A stretch of DNA of 64,000 nt from Malacoraja senta (taxonomy: Eukaryota): positions 4,340,001 to 4,404,000 of the forward strand of contig CM075991.1 in NCBI GenBank assembly GCA_038087875.1. Direction: 5' to 3'. A program made the position numbers and the translations under genes. Position 1 is the first letter of the stretch. Each line of letters starts with the position of its first letter. This document shows, piece by piece, positions 25,371-37,609 of this stretch. The notes below the pieces were generated by a model. The model was given only the letters and a program-made list of their open reading frames with translations, was not told the DNA's origin and ran no database searches.

Positions 25371-25385
25371 CCCCCACCCAAAGAT
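25371..25385 (-). promoter_or_regulatory. Polypurine tract
   Basis: Minus strand TTTGGGTGGGGG abuts the 3' LTR. Confidence 0.8.
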
Positions 25386-25523
25386 ACTGAATAGGTTTCG
25401 GAAGAAGAGAGAAAAAGCACCACCAAATCCCAGAAACTATTCAGGAGCTAAACTCTACTGGCGCGACAAGGCGTCAGCCAAGACATTATCCTTGCCACGG
25501 ATATGCCTGACCTCCAGGTTGTA

Positions 25524-26479
25524 ATAATAATAATAATTCATTTTATTTGCTGGCGCCTTTCTAACACCCAAGGACACCTTACAAGGCATAAAATCACAAA
25601 AATACAAAACACATAATCGGAGTAAATTTAATATAAAAACACCACAGTACACAAATCAAGGACAGAATTCAATTACAAAAGCACAAAAAGAAAATAAGAA
25701 ACACAATTTGAGGAGAGAGCAGCGGCAGCCAAACCGCGCCAGCATCCACTCTCCCCTCTGACCGCCATCTTGAACAAAGACCAACAGACACAGCACACAA
25801 AAATCATCCCCCCACAATGACCACCACTGTGGGGGAAGGCACAAGTCCAGTCCCCAACCCCAGTTCACCCAAAAGTCAGGTCCAATGAGGCCTCCGCTAT
25901 TGCCTCTACGGAGGCCCGATGTTCCTGGCCGTCGGGAGAGTCCTCGCAGCGGCTGGAATGGCTGGTTTACCAGCGGAGGCGATGGCACCTGACGCCGACA
26001 GTGCCGCGCCGATTTGGAGCCACGAGGCTCCCGATGTTAAAGTCGCGCCGCCGCCCGCGGCTGGTCGCTCCGCAGTCCCGCAGCCTGGAGGTGTTGATTT
26101 CGGCGGTCACCGCATACCGGAGCTCCAGCGTGTCGATCCAGCGCGGCGACCCAGGCAAGGCATCGCCCGCTATGCTCTGCGATGGCGCTCCAGCGCTGTG
26201 CCGCCACCGAAGCTGAAGGTGCTGGGCGGTCCCCGCCAGGAAAACGCCGCTCCATGCCCGCTGGTAGGCCACGAGGACGGGTCGACGGGGCAGCCTGGAG
26301 AAAAAGCTGCCTTACCGACCAGGTAGGGACCCAGAAATAGTTTCCCCCTTACCCCCCCACATTAAAAGTCAAAATTATCCAAACAAACAAAGAAATAAAA
26401 AAGCTAAAAACTAAAAGAAAAGTGAATTTAACGGACGGCTGCTGTTTAGCCGCCGTTCCTCCAAGATGGCTCCTCCTAC
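25524..26479 (-). mobile_element. 956-bp non-coding GC-rich retroposon with L2-type tail, inserted in Gypsy RNase H
   Basis: TSD TTGTA (25519-25523, 26480-26484) restores QDYNLE; tail GTGTCCTTGGGTG..GAAAGGCGC..AATAAAATG(ATT)n. Confidence 0.8.
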
Positions 26480-28795
26480 TTGTAGTCTTGGAGCTGCAAA
26501 CTCCAGCTCATTAACCGCCGGTTCTTATTCTTCATACTATGCAAAAATACCAACGGATTATGATCCGTGAGTACGATGACAGGGACATTCGAGGAGCCAA
26601 CATAAACCTCGAAAGGATTCAGAGACATCAACATAGCAAGGGCTTCTTTCTCAATGGTGGAGTACCACTTCTGATGCCGATTAAACTTCTTAGAGAAGTA
26701 CGAAACTGGATGCTCCACCCCATCTGAATCATCCTGTAGAAGAACTCCCCCAACCCCACGATCACTAGCATCCACTGCCAGCTTAAATGGACGCTCAAAA
26801 TCAGGTGCCGCAAGCACAGGTGCGCGCACCAGAAGACTTTTGTCTGATCAAAGGCTTGTTGACACTCTGCGGACCACACAAAAGCTACCTTCGGACTCAG
26901 CAAATCCGTCAAAGGGGCAGCCACCGCAGAGAAGTTTGGACAGAATCCTCTATAGTACCCAACCATACCAGATACCTACGGAGTTCAGTCCTCGAGGTTG
27001 GAGCAGGAAATGCGACAATATGCCCCACCTTTTCCTTGAGAGTGCGAACCTGACCCCGGCCCACCACCTTACCCAGATACGTTACCGTGGCCTGGCCAAA
27101 CTCACACTTCCCCAGACTGATCATTAGTTTTGCCTCCGCTAGACGATGAAATACCTCCTTCAGATGACCGACGTGTTCGATCCACGACCTGGAGCACACA
27201 ACCAAATCATCAAGGTATGCCTCACAGAAGGACAAACCAGACAATACAATGTTCATCAACCGTTGGAAGGTTGACGGCGCATTGCGCATCCCAAATGCCA
27301 TTACTGTGTACTGAAGAAAGTTATCAGGCGTAACGAACGCAGAGATCTCCCTCGCCCGCCTAGTCAAAGGAACTTGCCAATACCCTTTTAACAAGTCCAA
27401 CTTAGACACAAAAGATGCACTTCCCACACGAACCACGCAATCCTCCATTCGTGGGAGAGGATAGCAATCCGGCTTCGTTACACCATTCACTTTGCGAAAG
27501 TCCGTGCAAAACCTGTCCTCCCCATTAGCCTTCGTAGTCAGTAGGCACGGAGAACTCCACGGACTACAACTAGGTTCAGCAATGCCATGCCGCAGCATAT
27601 AGTCAACCTGACTCCCTAGACGATGACGCCTGTCAGGGTTGACCCGATACGGATGCTGTTTAATTGGCGCAGCACCGGCCACGTCAATGTCATGCTGCAG
27701 CACAGACGTCTGAGAAGGCACATCCGAGAACAGTGACCCATTTGACTCCACCAAAGCAAGCAGATCACCCCGCTGACTTTCATTCAAATGAGACAACCGC
27801 AAGGGAAGCGACTCCAAAGCCTCAGAGTTACACAGCCTTCCCTGCGTCACTGCCACAGACAACCGTGCCTCATCCACATCACCAGCCGTGTCAGGGGGCA
27901 GCACCACTGCAGCCAAAACAGGCTTAGACGAAACCGAAGGACACAGCATCTCCCCATCAACCTCCACAGGCTCCTGCTCATGGTACTGCTTCATCATGTT
28001 GACATGACAGAGCTGAGTCTTACGCCTTCGATCAGGGGTACCAATAACATAATCCCTTTCACCAACCTTCTTAACCACCTGATAGGGACCGCTATACCGA
28101 GCCTGCAGACTGGAACCAGGAATAGGCAACAACACCAGGACCTTGTCACCTGGAGAAAAATTCCTACTAGAAGCCTTCCTGTCGAACCACCCCTTCATCC
28201 TAGACTGAGCAGAAGCAAGATTACCCATTGCCAGTTTGCATGCCCTCTTTAGTCTAGACCGAAAGGTACAGACGTGGTCTAAAATACTACGTTTTGTATC
28301 CTCCTGCAACCATTTCTCCTTTAGGACCCTCAACGGACCACGTACAGTATGCGCGAACACCAGGTCAGCAGGACTGAACCCTAAAGACTCCTGCACGACC
28401 TCACGCACCCCAAACATAACTAGATGAACCCCCTCATCCCAGTCTTTTTCAAACTCCAGGCAGTAAGTCCTCAACATAGATTTCAAAGTCTGGTGAAACC
28501 TCTCGAGAGCTCCCTGGCTCTCAGGGTGATACGCACTGGAGTAACAATGCTTAATATCTAACAACTTCATTACCTGACCAAAAACCTTCGACATGAAGTT
28601 GGAACCTTGGTCACTCTGCACCACCTTGAGCAAACCGAACAACGAAAAAAACGTAGTGAGAGACTTCACAATGGTAGGGGCTGTAATTCTACGCAAAGGG
28701 ACCACCTCCGGAAAGCGGGTAGACGCACACATAATTGTCAATAAAAACCTGTTGCCCACCCTTGTCCGAGGTAGAGGACCCACACAATCAACTAG

Positions 28796-29272
28796 ATTCC
28801 TGGGATGTCAGGACTGTCTTACGAAGAAAGACTGGATAGACTTGGTTTATACTCTCTAGAATTTAGGAGATTGAGAGGGGATCTTATAGAAACTTACAAA
28901 ATTCTTAAGGGGTTGGACAGGCTAGATGCAGGAAGATTGCTCCCGATGTTGGGGAAGTCCAGGACAAGGGGTCACAGCTTAAGGATAAGGGGGAAATCCT
29001 TTAAAACCGAGATGAGAAGAACATTTTTCACACAGAGAGTGGTGAATCTCTGGAACTCTCTGCCACAGAGGGTAGTCGAGGCCAGTTCATTGGCTATATT
29101 TAAGAGGGAGTTAGATGTGGCCCTTGTGGCTAAAGGGATCAGAGGGTATGGAGAGAAGGCAGGTATGGGATACTGAGTTGGATGATCAGCCATGATCATA
29201 TTGAATGGCGGTGCAGGCTCGAAGGGCTGAATGGCCTACTCCTGCACCTAATTTCTATGTTTCTATGTTTCT
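28796..29272 (+). mobile_element. Young CR1 3' fragment inserted in the Gypsy integrase
   Basis: Open frame GLSYEERLDRLGLYSLE...GYGEKAG, (TTTCTATG)n tail; removal restores EPLERI-LVDCVGP. Confidence 0.93.
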
Positions 29273-29869
29273 AATCCGCTCCAACGGCTCACCGACCACA
29301 GGGATTGGATATAAAGGCGCCGGAACAATCGATTGGTTCGGCTTTCCTGCCACCTGGCAAATGTGACAACACCTGCACTGCTGTTTCACGTCCTTTTTCA
29401 ACCCTGGCCAAAAAAAATTCCGTAAGATACGGTCATACGTCTTATTGACCCCCAAATGTCCACCCAGAGGACCTTCATGAGCCAAACCGAGTATCTCGTC
29501 CCTATACCGACGAGGTATCACAATCTGATCAACCACGCTCCAATCATCATGCCCAGATATATCCAAGGGAGACCACTTTCGCATCAGTAAGCCCTCCCTT
29601 AGAAAATACCCCTTTGCTGTGGAATCCATATCCCCTCAGGCACCATGCAGTCGAACAGATCAGATAAAGCTGGATCACTCTTTTGCTCCTCAACCAGCCG
29701 GTCACGTGACAGCGACACCGGCCCATTTCCAGACACTCTCCCATCTTGAGATGTAGAAACACCCTTCACAACACAGGATCCCTCATCCTGATCCCCAAAA
29801 ATGCTCTCACTCAGGTCCACTACATCCCCAAACTTCGCCTGGCTCTTAGCCATAGCCCTCGTGACAGCA

Positions 29870-32113
29870 CTAGCTGCGAAGACCCTCGGATGCTGCATAG
29901 CCAATCTATCAGGACTCTGCACCATCGGACAGCCGTCACCTCAGGAGTAACCAAAACTCCATCTCCTGCCAAGTCATTCCCCAAAATTACAGAAACTCCC
30001 CCAACGGGAAAACACGGCCGTAACCCAACAGTTACCCGGCCTGAAACCAACTCGGACTCGAGACTCACGGTAAGCAAAGGCACTACCATGCCCTCCATCC
30101 CGAATCCTACCACAGGGACACTTGACCCAACCGATGATTCCCCAGAAAACGGCAGTACACTCTCCAATATAAAGGACTGAGTAGCACCAGTATCACGCAA
30201 GATGGATACTGGAACTCTATCACCCCCATCCTCCAGAGAAACAAAACCATTCATGATGAACGCAGAATAATTCCTACACTCCTCAGACTCAGGCACCTCA
30301 GGTACCACAGGTGCCCTCTGTGTACCCACCAAAGCCACAGGCTTTGCATTTTTCTGCTTCAGAACGGGACACGCCTTTAACATGTGCCCTCTCCCTCTAC
30401 AATAGTAGCACACAGGACCTTCGTTAGTCCTCAAATTTCCGTCAACCTTATCAGCTCGGAACTCCCCCTGTATCAACGTGCTGCCACTTGCAGGCACAGA
30501 AACACCTTTGACACTGCCACCGGCGACACCACCACGATCAACCGGCCGTGCACCAAAACTATAGGAGCGCCCAACAAAATCAGTTTTATGAGTCAATACA
30601 TACTCATATGCCAACACCGCGGCCTTAGACACCTCATTCACCTTCTGCTCATTAAGGTAACGGCTCTGTCTTACGTGTTTGCGTTCAGCGGCGGTGAAGC
30701 GCGGCTTCGCCTGTAGAGGGGACCGCACGGCAACGGCGAGAGCGCCGAGCCTATGCCACGGGAGCGCCGCACGGAAGCTGAGCGGGGGCCGAGTGATTCA
30801 AATACGGCGGGTCCCACGTGCTTGCGGTAGTTAAAACAAAGGGCGGGCCGACTGCGATGACGTCATTTTTGATCTGCGGGGCTGTGGCGGCGGCCGTCCT
30901 GATCGCGGCGCTGTTGCGGCGGCCGTGCCGCACACGTGCCTCACTGGCGGAGGCTGTGGCGGCGGCTGTGGCGGCGGTCGTGCCTCACTGGCGGAGGCTG
31001 TGGCGATGCAAGTTCGACGCACGGCGCTCGTGCCTCACTGGCGGCGGCTGTGGCGGCGGCCGTGCTGCACTCGTCCCTTGCTGGCGGAGGCTGTGCGGTA
31101 GGAAAAGCTTTTTGAGCAGTGTTGGTTTTATTTTACCACCGTGCGGTGTTGGGAACAACGCGGCACGGCCCCGGAATTGTGCGTTCTCACGAATGCGCGG
31201 TCTATGGCGGCCCAGGAGTGGTAGATTCTTCCTGTTTCGCCGCCAATGACCGCAGACTCGTGAGACAGGCCTTTAAGCAGTAACCCTCTCAGGGAGACAG
31301 TTCTTAAAGTCTTCCATAATCATCAAGGCCCGCAGTTGCCCATCATCCTTCACTCCTTGAGAAGCGCACCACCTGTCAAAAAGTGCCTCCTTCCCCTAGC
31401 AAACTCCACATAAGTCTGACTGTCAAACTTCCTAAAGCGCCGGTATTTCTGCCGGTACGCCTCTGGAACTAATTCATAAGCCTTAATACTGTAGACTTCA
31501 CACACTCATAGTCCAGACTGCTTTGAACAGACAAAGACGAGTACACCTCCCGTGCTTTACCCACAAGGACACACTGCAATAGCAAGGTCCACACGTCCCT
31601 AGGCCACTTCAGTGATATAGCCACACACTCAAACAAAGTGAAATATTTATCAACATCTTTTTCATTGAACGGTGGAACCAAACGAATATTTCTGCTCACA
31701 TCAAACTCATGCTCTCTAGAAGAGAACCGGGAAATATCTAATTCTTTCTCCCGCAGCAGAAATTCAGCCCTCTTGGTTTCCTCCTCAAGCCGTTTCATTT
31801 CAAGAACATGAGCATGCATGAGCTCATCCTTTTTTAAGGCCATTCTCTGTGACTCAAGCTCCATCTCCTTCAGTTTAATGATGACCTCCATGTTCTGAAC
31901 TGGCTGTATAGATTTATGACTGTCAGGACTACTAGGCAACACCTCTTGGTCAACCAAAGCTGTCCATAACAACGTCTTAATTGACTGTTTGTTTGCCTTT
32001 TTATGAATAGAAACGCCATATTTATCTGCAAGCAACACTAAATTTTCCTTAGTACATTGATGAAACATCTCTAGGCTAGGAGTCTCAACAAACTCTTCCA
32101 CCTTAAAATCCAT
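29870..32113 (-). pseudogene. gag: Gypsy gag (capsid-like region, CCHC knuckle) and aspartic protease; interrupted
   Basis: MDFKVEEF...VPPFNEKDVDKYF...W..LLQCVLVGKAREVY; CYYCRGRGHMLKAC; ILRDTGATQSFI. Confidence 0.9.
30661..31273. mobile_element. GC-rich Harbinger-like MITE inserted in Gypsy gag
   Basis: TAA TSD (30658-30660, 31274-31276) restores ERVTAYLNEQ; imperfect TIR CGGCTCTGTCTTACG / AAGGCCTGTCTCACG; internal GTGCCTCACTGGCGG(A/C)GGCTGTGGCG repeats. Confidence 0.8.
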
Positions 32114-32255
32114 TTTTCCTGCTCACAAATGCTACCAAAATAGCCAAAACAACAGGTTACTAGAACCACAAAGCAGAAAAAAATGATTACTCAGACTACC
32201 ACTGCCACAAGAAGCCTATCAAAGTACACAAAGTGTCTAGGGTTCTCAAAACTTA

Positions 32256-32268
32256 GGACGAGCCTCCA
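32256..32268 (-). promoter_or_regulatory. Primer binding site, tRNA-Pro
   Basis: TGGAGGCTCGTCC 3 nt inside the 5' LTR; 12/13 match to the canonical tRNA-Pro PBS TGGGGGCTCGTCC. Confidence 0.85.
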
Positions 32269-32271
32269 TTT

Positions 32272-32845
32272 TGTTACGACTCCCGAACTTCAGAGCCGCG
32301 TAACATAGTTCAAAAACCAGGTTTAAGTTCAAAAATAGTTTTAATTATTCAATGGAACACAAAACCCAAACCTGATTCAAACAACCCAGTCAGGGATATG
32401 GATGGACTGACAAACAATTTAACAGTGCTCCAGCCAGCCACGTGATGGACCGTCGAACCAGAGACTCTAAAACCTGCCTAAAGAGATATAACCCTGAAAC
32501 AAAATACACGAAAACACTAAGGTCAGCCCTTATCCGTCCCAATTCAATATTTGATAATAAGTAATGGTGAAAGTACACAAAGTTCTATGCCATGTGGCCA
32601 GGCCTTCCGCAGCTCACTCCAGCAGTCAGCTCACAAGTCAGGTTCGACGAAGAAGAGAGAGAATTCTGGGAGGTTCTGGTATTTATGCTTCAGATGAGTC
32701 ACCCGTCACCTGACGCAGCTCGGCCAATCGGTACAGGAGCCTTTTAACCCTTTGATTCCAGACTCACATCCACAAGGCCTGCACTCGGGAGAGAAACAGA
32801 GGAAGGTAAGTACATAGCATTCACCAGGGGGGGAAGCGCCTAACA
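32272..32845 (-). repeat. 5' LTR (574 bp)
   Basis: Near-identical to 24788-25370; adjacent to the PBS. Confidence 0.96.
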
Positions 32846-33589
32846 CTGATGTACAAGGACATCCAGGTCTCATTGCATTTACCCTTTTCCTAATCTGACA
32901 CCATTCAGATAATAATCTGCCTTCTTGTTCTTGCCACCAAAGTGGATAACCTCACATTTATCCATGTTTTTGTAGCAAGTCTAATAATATCTATTCATTG
33001 ATCCAGAGTGCTGGAGAGACCAGCATTTATTATTCATTTATCTTTGCCCTTGAACAGAATGCTTTCAAGAACAAATACTGAATGTAATTGCCTTCGAATG
33101 CTTTGTCTTTCACTGGTGTCTTTCACTGGTGTGAACTCATGTATCCTGCCTTCTGGGCCTCTGGTAACGCCACAGAAGACATGGTCGCCAATGGTGATGT
33201 GAGGGGACAGGGGAGAGTCATAGAGTGATACAGCGTGGCCTGTTTTTAATAGGATCATAAAGTAGATCAGATTTTATGCTCAACTCTACATTTCCAACCG
33301 ACACCGTTATCTTCCCTCCCACATTCCAAAGACATACAGGTATAAGTGTAAATTGGCCCTAGTTTGTGTAGGATAATGTTAATGTGTGCACTGTGGGCCG
33401 AAAGGCCTGTTTCTGCGCTGTATCTCGCAACTAAAGGAGATGCTTGGCAATTAGAGGGGGGGGGGGGGGGGATATCCCAACAATGTCTCAAAATGCCTCC
33501 CAGTTTATGGAATAATTTAGATGTTTCTAGACTTCTTTCTTCACTTGTGAAAAACGATTTAGAGACAGTCCCTTAATCATGACCAAATA

Positions 33590-33820
33590 GGGAGGGATGA
33601 GGTGTGGGGGGGGGGAGTGTGTGTGAGAGAGGGAGAGAGGGGGGGGAGGGAAGGAGCATGGGGGAGAGGGAGAGTAAGGGTGGGGGAGAGAGGGAGGGAA
33701 GGAAGGGGAGAGTGAGGGAGAAGGAAGGGGGAGAGGGAATAGAGGGAGGGGGAGATAGAGAGAGGGAAGGAGGGGGAGGGAGGGAGAGAGAGGAGGGGAG
33801 GAGGGGGGAGAGGGGGGAAC
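33590..33820. repeat. G/A-rich low-complexity tract
   Basis: Direct reading. Confidence 0.9.
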
Positions 33821-34397
33821 ACAACATTGTGATTGGAGATACACAAAGTAATGGAGTTTACTCTGCATCCTAAATCACAATGAATTCCTTCAGCAAGGAC
33901 AGGATGGGATCTCACTGTCCACATACTCAATGTGAATGAATTTTAAAGATCTTTGGCCATTTCTGCTTTGACATTGTGATGTCTCTGACCACCCCAGCTA
34001 ATCATTGCTCTGAATTCCCAGACGGATCTCTGATTAAATTCACCGTCTCGAACTACATGAGTAATAGACTTTAAATTAGCAACATATTGCACTGTTGTCA
34101 AGCCGAGAGAGCAGCTGACTGAAATTGTCCTTCGTGGGATGATATATGGCTCCAATTAATCCTTGCCCGGGAGAGAGATTGCAGCAAGCGATCTCCACAA
34201 GATCTCGACATGGTCTTCTGTGTAATAAACATTTCTCTGTGGATTGTCGCTGGACTTTGTGACTCAGAAGGATAGGCCGCGAGGTTTTATTTGATTGAGC
34301 TCCATGGAACTTTTTGTTCTGAATGGAAGCAAGGTCACCATTAGTACAGGAAAGATGCTGAGATGCCGGTGACACAACGGGTTTGCAAAGATAGGAA

Positions 34398-34810
34398 CAA
34401 GGAACTGCAGATGCCGGCTTACACCAAAGATAGATTCAAAGTGCTGGAGTAACTCAGCGGGTCAGGCAGCATCTGTGGAGAAAAAGGATGGGTGACGTTT
34501 CAGGTCGGGACCCTTCTTCAGACTGAAGGTAGAGGGGGGAGAGAGAAGTAGAGGCGAGAAAAGACCAGGACAAATCAGGCCTGGCAACAGATGGCCTCAG
34601 GAAGGCACAAAATGCTAGAGTAACTTAGCAGGACAGGCAGCATCTCTGGAGAAATGGGATAGGTGACGTTTCGGGTCGAGACCCTTCTTCAGACTCCACC
34701 CGAAACGTCACCCATTCCTTCCCTCCAGTGATGGTGCCCGATCTGCTGAGTTACTCCAGCAGTTTGTGTCTATCTTTGGTGTAAACCAGCACCGGTGGTT
34801 TCTTCCTACA
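34398..34810. mobile_element. Cluster of Penelope terminal units (two on minus, one on plus)
   Basis: Hammerhead-type cores at ~34495-34522 and ~34665-34692 (minus), partial at ~34698 (plus). Confidence 0.75.
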
Positions 34811-34954
34811 CGACAGGTGGCCTCGGGTAGGGCGGCTCCATTGCTGGCTTGGGGAGGTGGGAATCTCAAGAGGGGAAACATTGCGGGGGAACTGCGAAAC
34901 TGGTTAAATGACCGGGGGTGGAGGACTCGATGGGCCGAAGGGTCTGTTTTCCTG

Positions 34955-35154
34955 NNNNNNNNNNNNNNNNNNNNNNNNNNNNNNNNNNNNNNNNNNNNNN
35001 NNNNNNNNNNNNNNNNNNNNNNNNNNNNNNNNNNNNNNNNNNNNNNNNNNNNNNNNNNNNNNNNNNNNNNNNNNNNNNNNNNNNNNNNNNNNNNNNNNNN
35101 NNNNNNNNNNNNNNNNNNNNNNNNNNNNNNNNNNNNNNNNNNNNNNNNNNNNNN
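34955..35154. other. Assembly gap (200 N)
   Basis: Run of N. Confidence 1.
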
Positions 35155-35974
35155 GGATTCCCTCTCATCCTTATACATTCCAGTGAATACAATGGGTTTG
35201 CACTGGGAGCAATGTTCAACAACCAATTAACCCACCAATCTGCACATCATTGGGATGTGGGAGGAAGCTGGAGCTACTGCAGGTGCCTACATCCACTACT
35301 GGGGAAATAAACAGTTGCAAAGGGCTTGGATTTGTACTTTCTTCCGTGACCACATGGGTTTCCTCCGAGATCTTCACTTTCCTCCCACACTCCAAAGATT
35401 TACAGGTCTGTAGGCTAATCGGTTTGGTATGTGTAGAAATTGTACCTAATGTGTGCGTAGGATAGTGTTAATGTGCGGGGATCGCTGGTCCACTGCGGAC
35501 TCGGTGGGCCAAAGGGCTGGTTCGCTGAGCTAAACTGCATCCTGCACTGTAGGAGGCCATTCAGCCCATTTACAGGGCTTGGTGGAACACCAGATCCAGC
35601 CTCTACCTTTGTCCCATTCTCCAACTACAAGGCTCAACAGATGACAATTACCAAGTAGAATGAGCAGGCTGCAACTATATAAGGTTGAGCCGGTCTGTCA
35701 GTTTTAGCATGCAGTTCTGAAAGACAGTATAGCCATAAAGTGCAGACACAGAGTGATACTACATTAATCTTCAATGCTGACTGGAGAGCAGTGTGTGGGA
35801 TCAGTGCTTTTACAATAAAAGTTTGGATGAACCAGGAACTGAAACCGTGATGCGTGAAAGGAAACAATTTATCTTTATACAAAAGGCTAGCAGTTCTCAA
35901 CAACAACAGGCACACAAGAATATATTTTTAATTTGAAAATTATTCAGTCGTAACTAAAAAATATGTACAACAAA

Positions 35975-36335
35975 CAGTGTGGGAAGGAACTGCTGATATG
36001 GAGGAAGGAACTGCAGATGCTGGTTTAAATCGAAGATAGACACAAATGCTAGAGTAACTCAGCGGGACAGGCAGCATCTCCGGAGAGCAGGAATGTTTTG
36101 TTTCGGGTCGAGACCCTTCTTCCGACTGATGTCCGGGGAGAGGGAGATACATAGATAAGGAAGTGTTAGGTGTGAAAATAGGACAAAGGGAATGTAGATC
36201 AAGGAAAATGTATCGATCGTTGGTAGCTGGAGAAGGTAACAACAAAACAAACAGAGATAATAAAATGTAGTCGGAGACAGTGAGACAGGTCAGAGAACTT
36301 GGAGAGGGAGGGATGGAGAGATTGGGAAAGCAGGT
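35975..36335 (-). mobile_element. Penelope-like 3' UTR/terminal repeat
   Basis: Homologous to 18473-18750. Confidence 0.8.
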
Positions 36336-36387
36336 CTTTACGTTTGCAGTGTCTATACATTCAGTGTCAATCTCTATAATTCATATT

Positions 36388-36640
36388 CTTTTTTTTGATA
36401 TTTCAAAATAAACTTTATTCAGAATAAAAAATATATACAAAACAAAATGCATGCAAATTCTTCATACATTTTCTGCGTCATGCATTCAATATAGCTAGTG
36501 GTCTACCCAGTAGTGTCTGCTTCTGACTTTACACACAACACCCTTGCGAAACAAATAGTCCCTTAGAGGTGATATCCCCTCCTTTGCTTGAGGAGTGACC
36601 CTTGGACACTGCCCCTCAATGTCCAGCAGCGGAAGGACCT
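36388..36640 (-). mobile_element. Possible L1/Tx1-type poly(A) 3' end
   Basis: Minus strand ends AATAAAGTTTATTTTGAAATATCAAAAAAAAA; a similar end lies near 1530-1600. Confidence 0.45.
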
Positions 36641-37609
36641 CATTCCTTCTCTGGAATTCTCTGCCACGGAAGGCAGTGGAGGCCAATTCACTGGATGTTT
36701 TCAAGAGAGGGTTAGATATAACTCAGAGGGCTAACGGAATCAAGGGATATGGGGAGAAAGCAGAAATGGTACTGATTTTGGATGATCAGCCATGATCATA
36801 CTGGTTGGCGGTGCTGTCTCGAAGGGCCGAATGGCCTACTCCTGCACCAGATTTCTATGGTTCGATGGTTGTATGTTTCCTTCTGAGCCATTTACGTTCC
36901 CTCCCTTCCCATTTCCCATTCCCATACGGACTTTTCTGCCCTCAATCTCCTTCACTGTCAGAGTGAGGACACACACGCAAACTGGAAGACCAGCAGGGGT
37001 CCCGACCCGAAACGTTGCCTATCCACGTAGTCCGGAGATGCTGCCTGGGCTGCCTTTGCCAGGTGGGACAAGTGTAGATAGCATGGGCAAGTTGGGCCGA
37101 AGAGCCTGTTCCCAACCTGTGCAACTCTATGACTGTAATTCTAATTGCACGGGCCAGAGGAGAGCATTGTTAGAAAGCCGTGTGTGGCATTAAGGGAACT
37201 GATATTGTTAGTCTCAGCAAGATCATTCTTGTGGCCTTGCTATACACGTTCATGCAGTTGTCAAAGCTGACCCCATTACCATGGGACAGCATGTCAGACC
37301 ACACAAGATACATCATGTCGGTCACGTGTGGACAATAGACACAGCCTGAGGATTGTCCTTTCAAAGAGGATAGTTTCAGGGGAAATAGGATTAGTAAAAT
37401 CTAGTCGTGCTGGTGGTATATAGAATCTGACTGTGGAGGAATTGATCCTCATAAAACGTTTTATTCTCAGTACCAACAGATCTAAAATTGGCCGTCCTGA
37501 TGAAGGGTCAGGACCCAAAGGTCACCTATTCCTATCCAGTGATACTGCCTGACCCCCTGAGTTACTCCAGCATTGTGTGCCTATCTTCAGCGCAGTGGCA
37601 CAGCAGGTG

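Larger units (their letters stand above)
25455..29925 (-). pseudogene. pol: Gypsy pol: integrase (HHCC, DDE, GPY/F), then reverse transcriptase, then RNase H; interrupted
   Basis: AH..GGHLG...CRCCHIC; LVDCVGP, SDQGSNF, ALERF; LDLLKGYWQ, FGMRNAP, YLDD; DASDRGVG, EKEAL, TDHNPL, ADALSR. Two insertions and several 1-bp frameshifts. Confidence 0.93.
24788..32845 (-). mobile_element. Full-length Gmr1-type Ty3/Gypsy LTR retrotransposon
   Basis: Two TG...CA LTRs, 5-bp TSD CTGAT (24783-24787, 32846-32850), PBS, PPT, and gag-PR-INT-RT-RH coding order. Confidence 0.96.

Noticed and set aside
25371..25455. env-like gene in the LTR element
   Set aside because: Only about 85 bp lie between the pol stop and the 3' LTR.
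25656..26326. GC-rich ORFs and a CpG-island-like promoter (also 50044-50862, 30751-31249, 59312-59902)
   Set aside because: All lie within mobile inserts; frames are not conserved between the two related copies.
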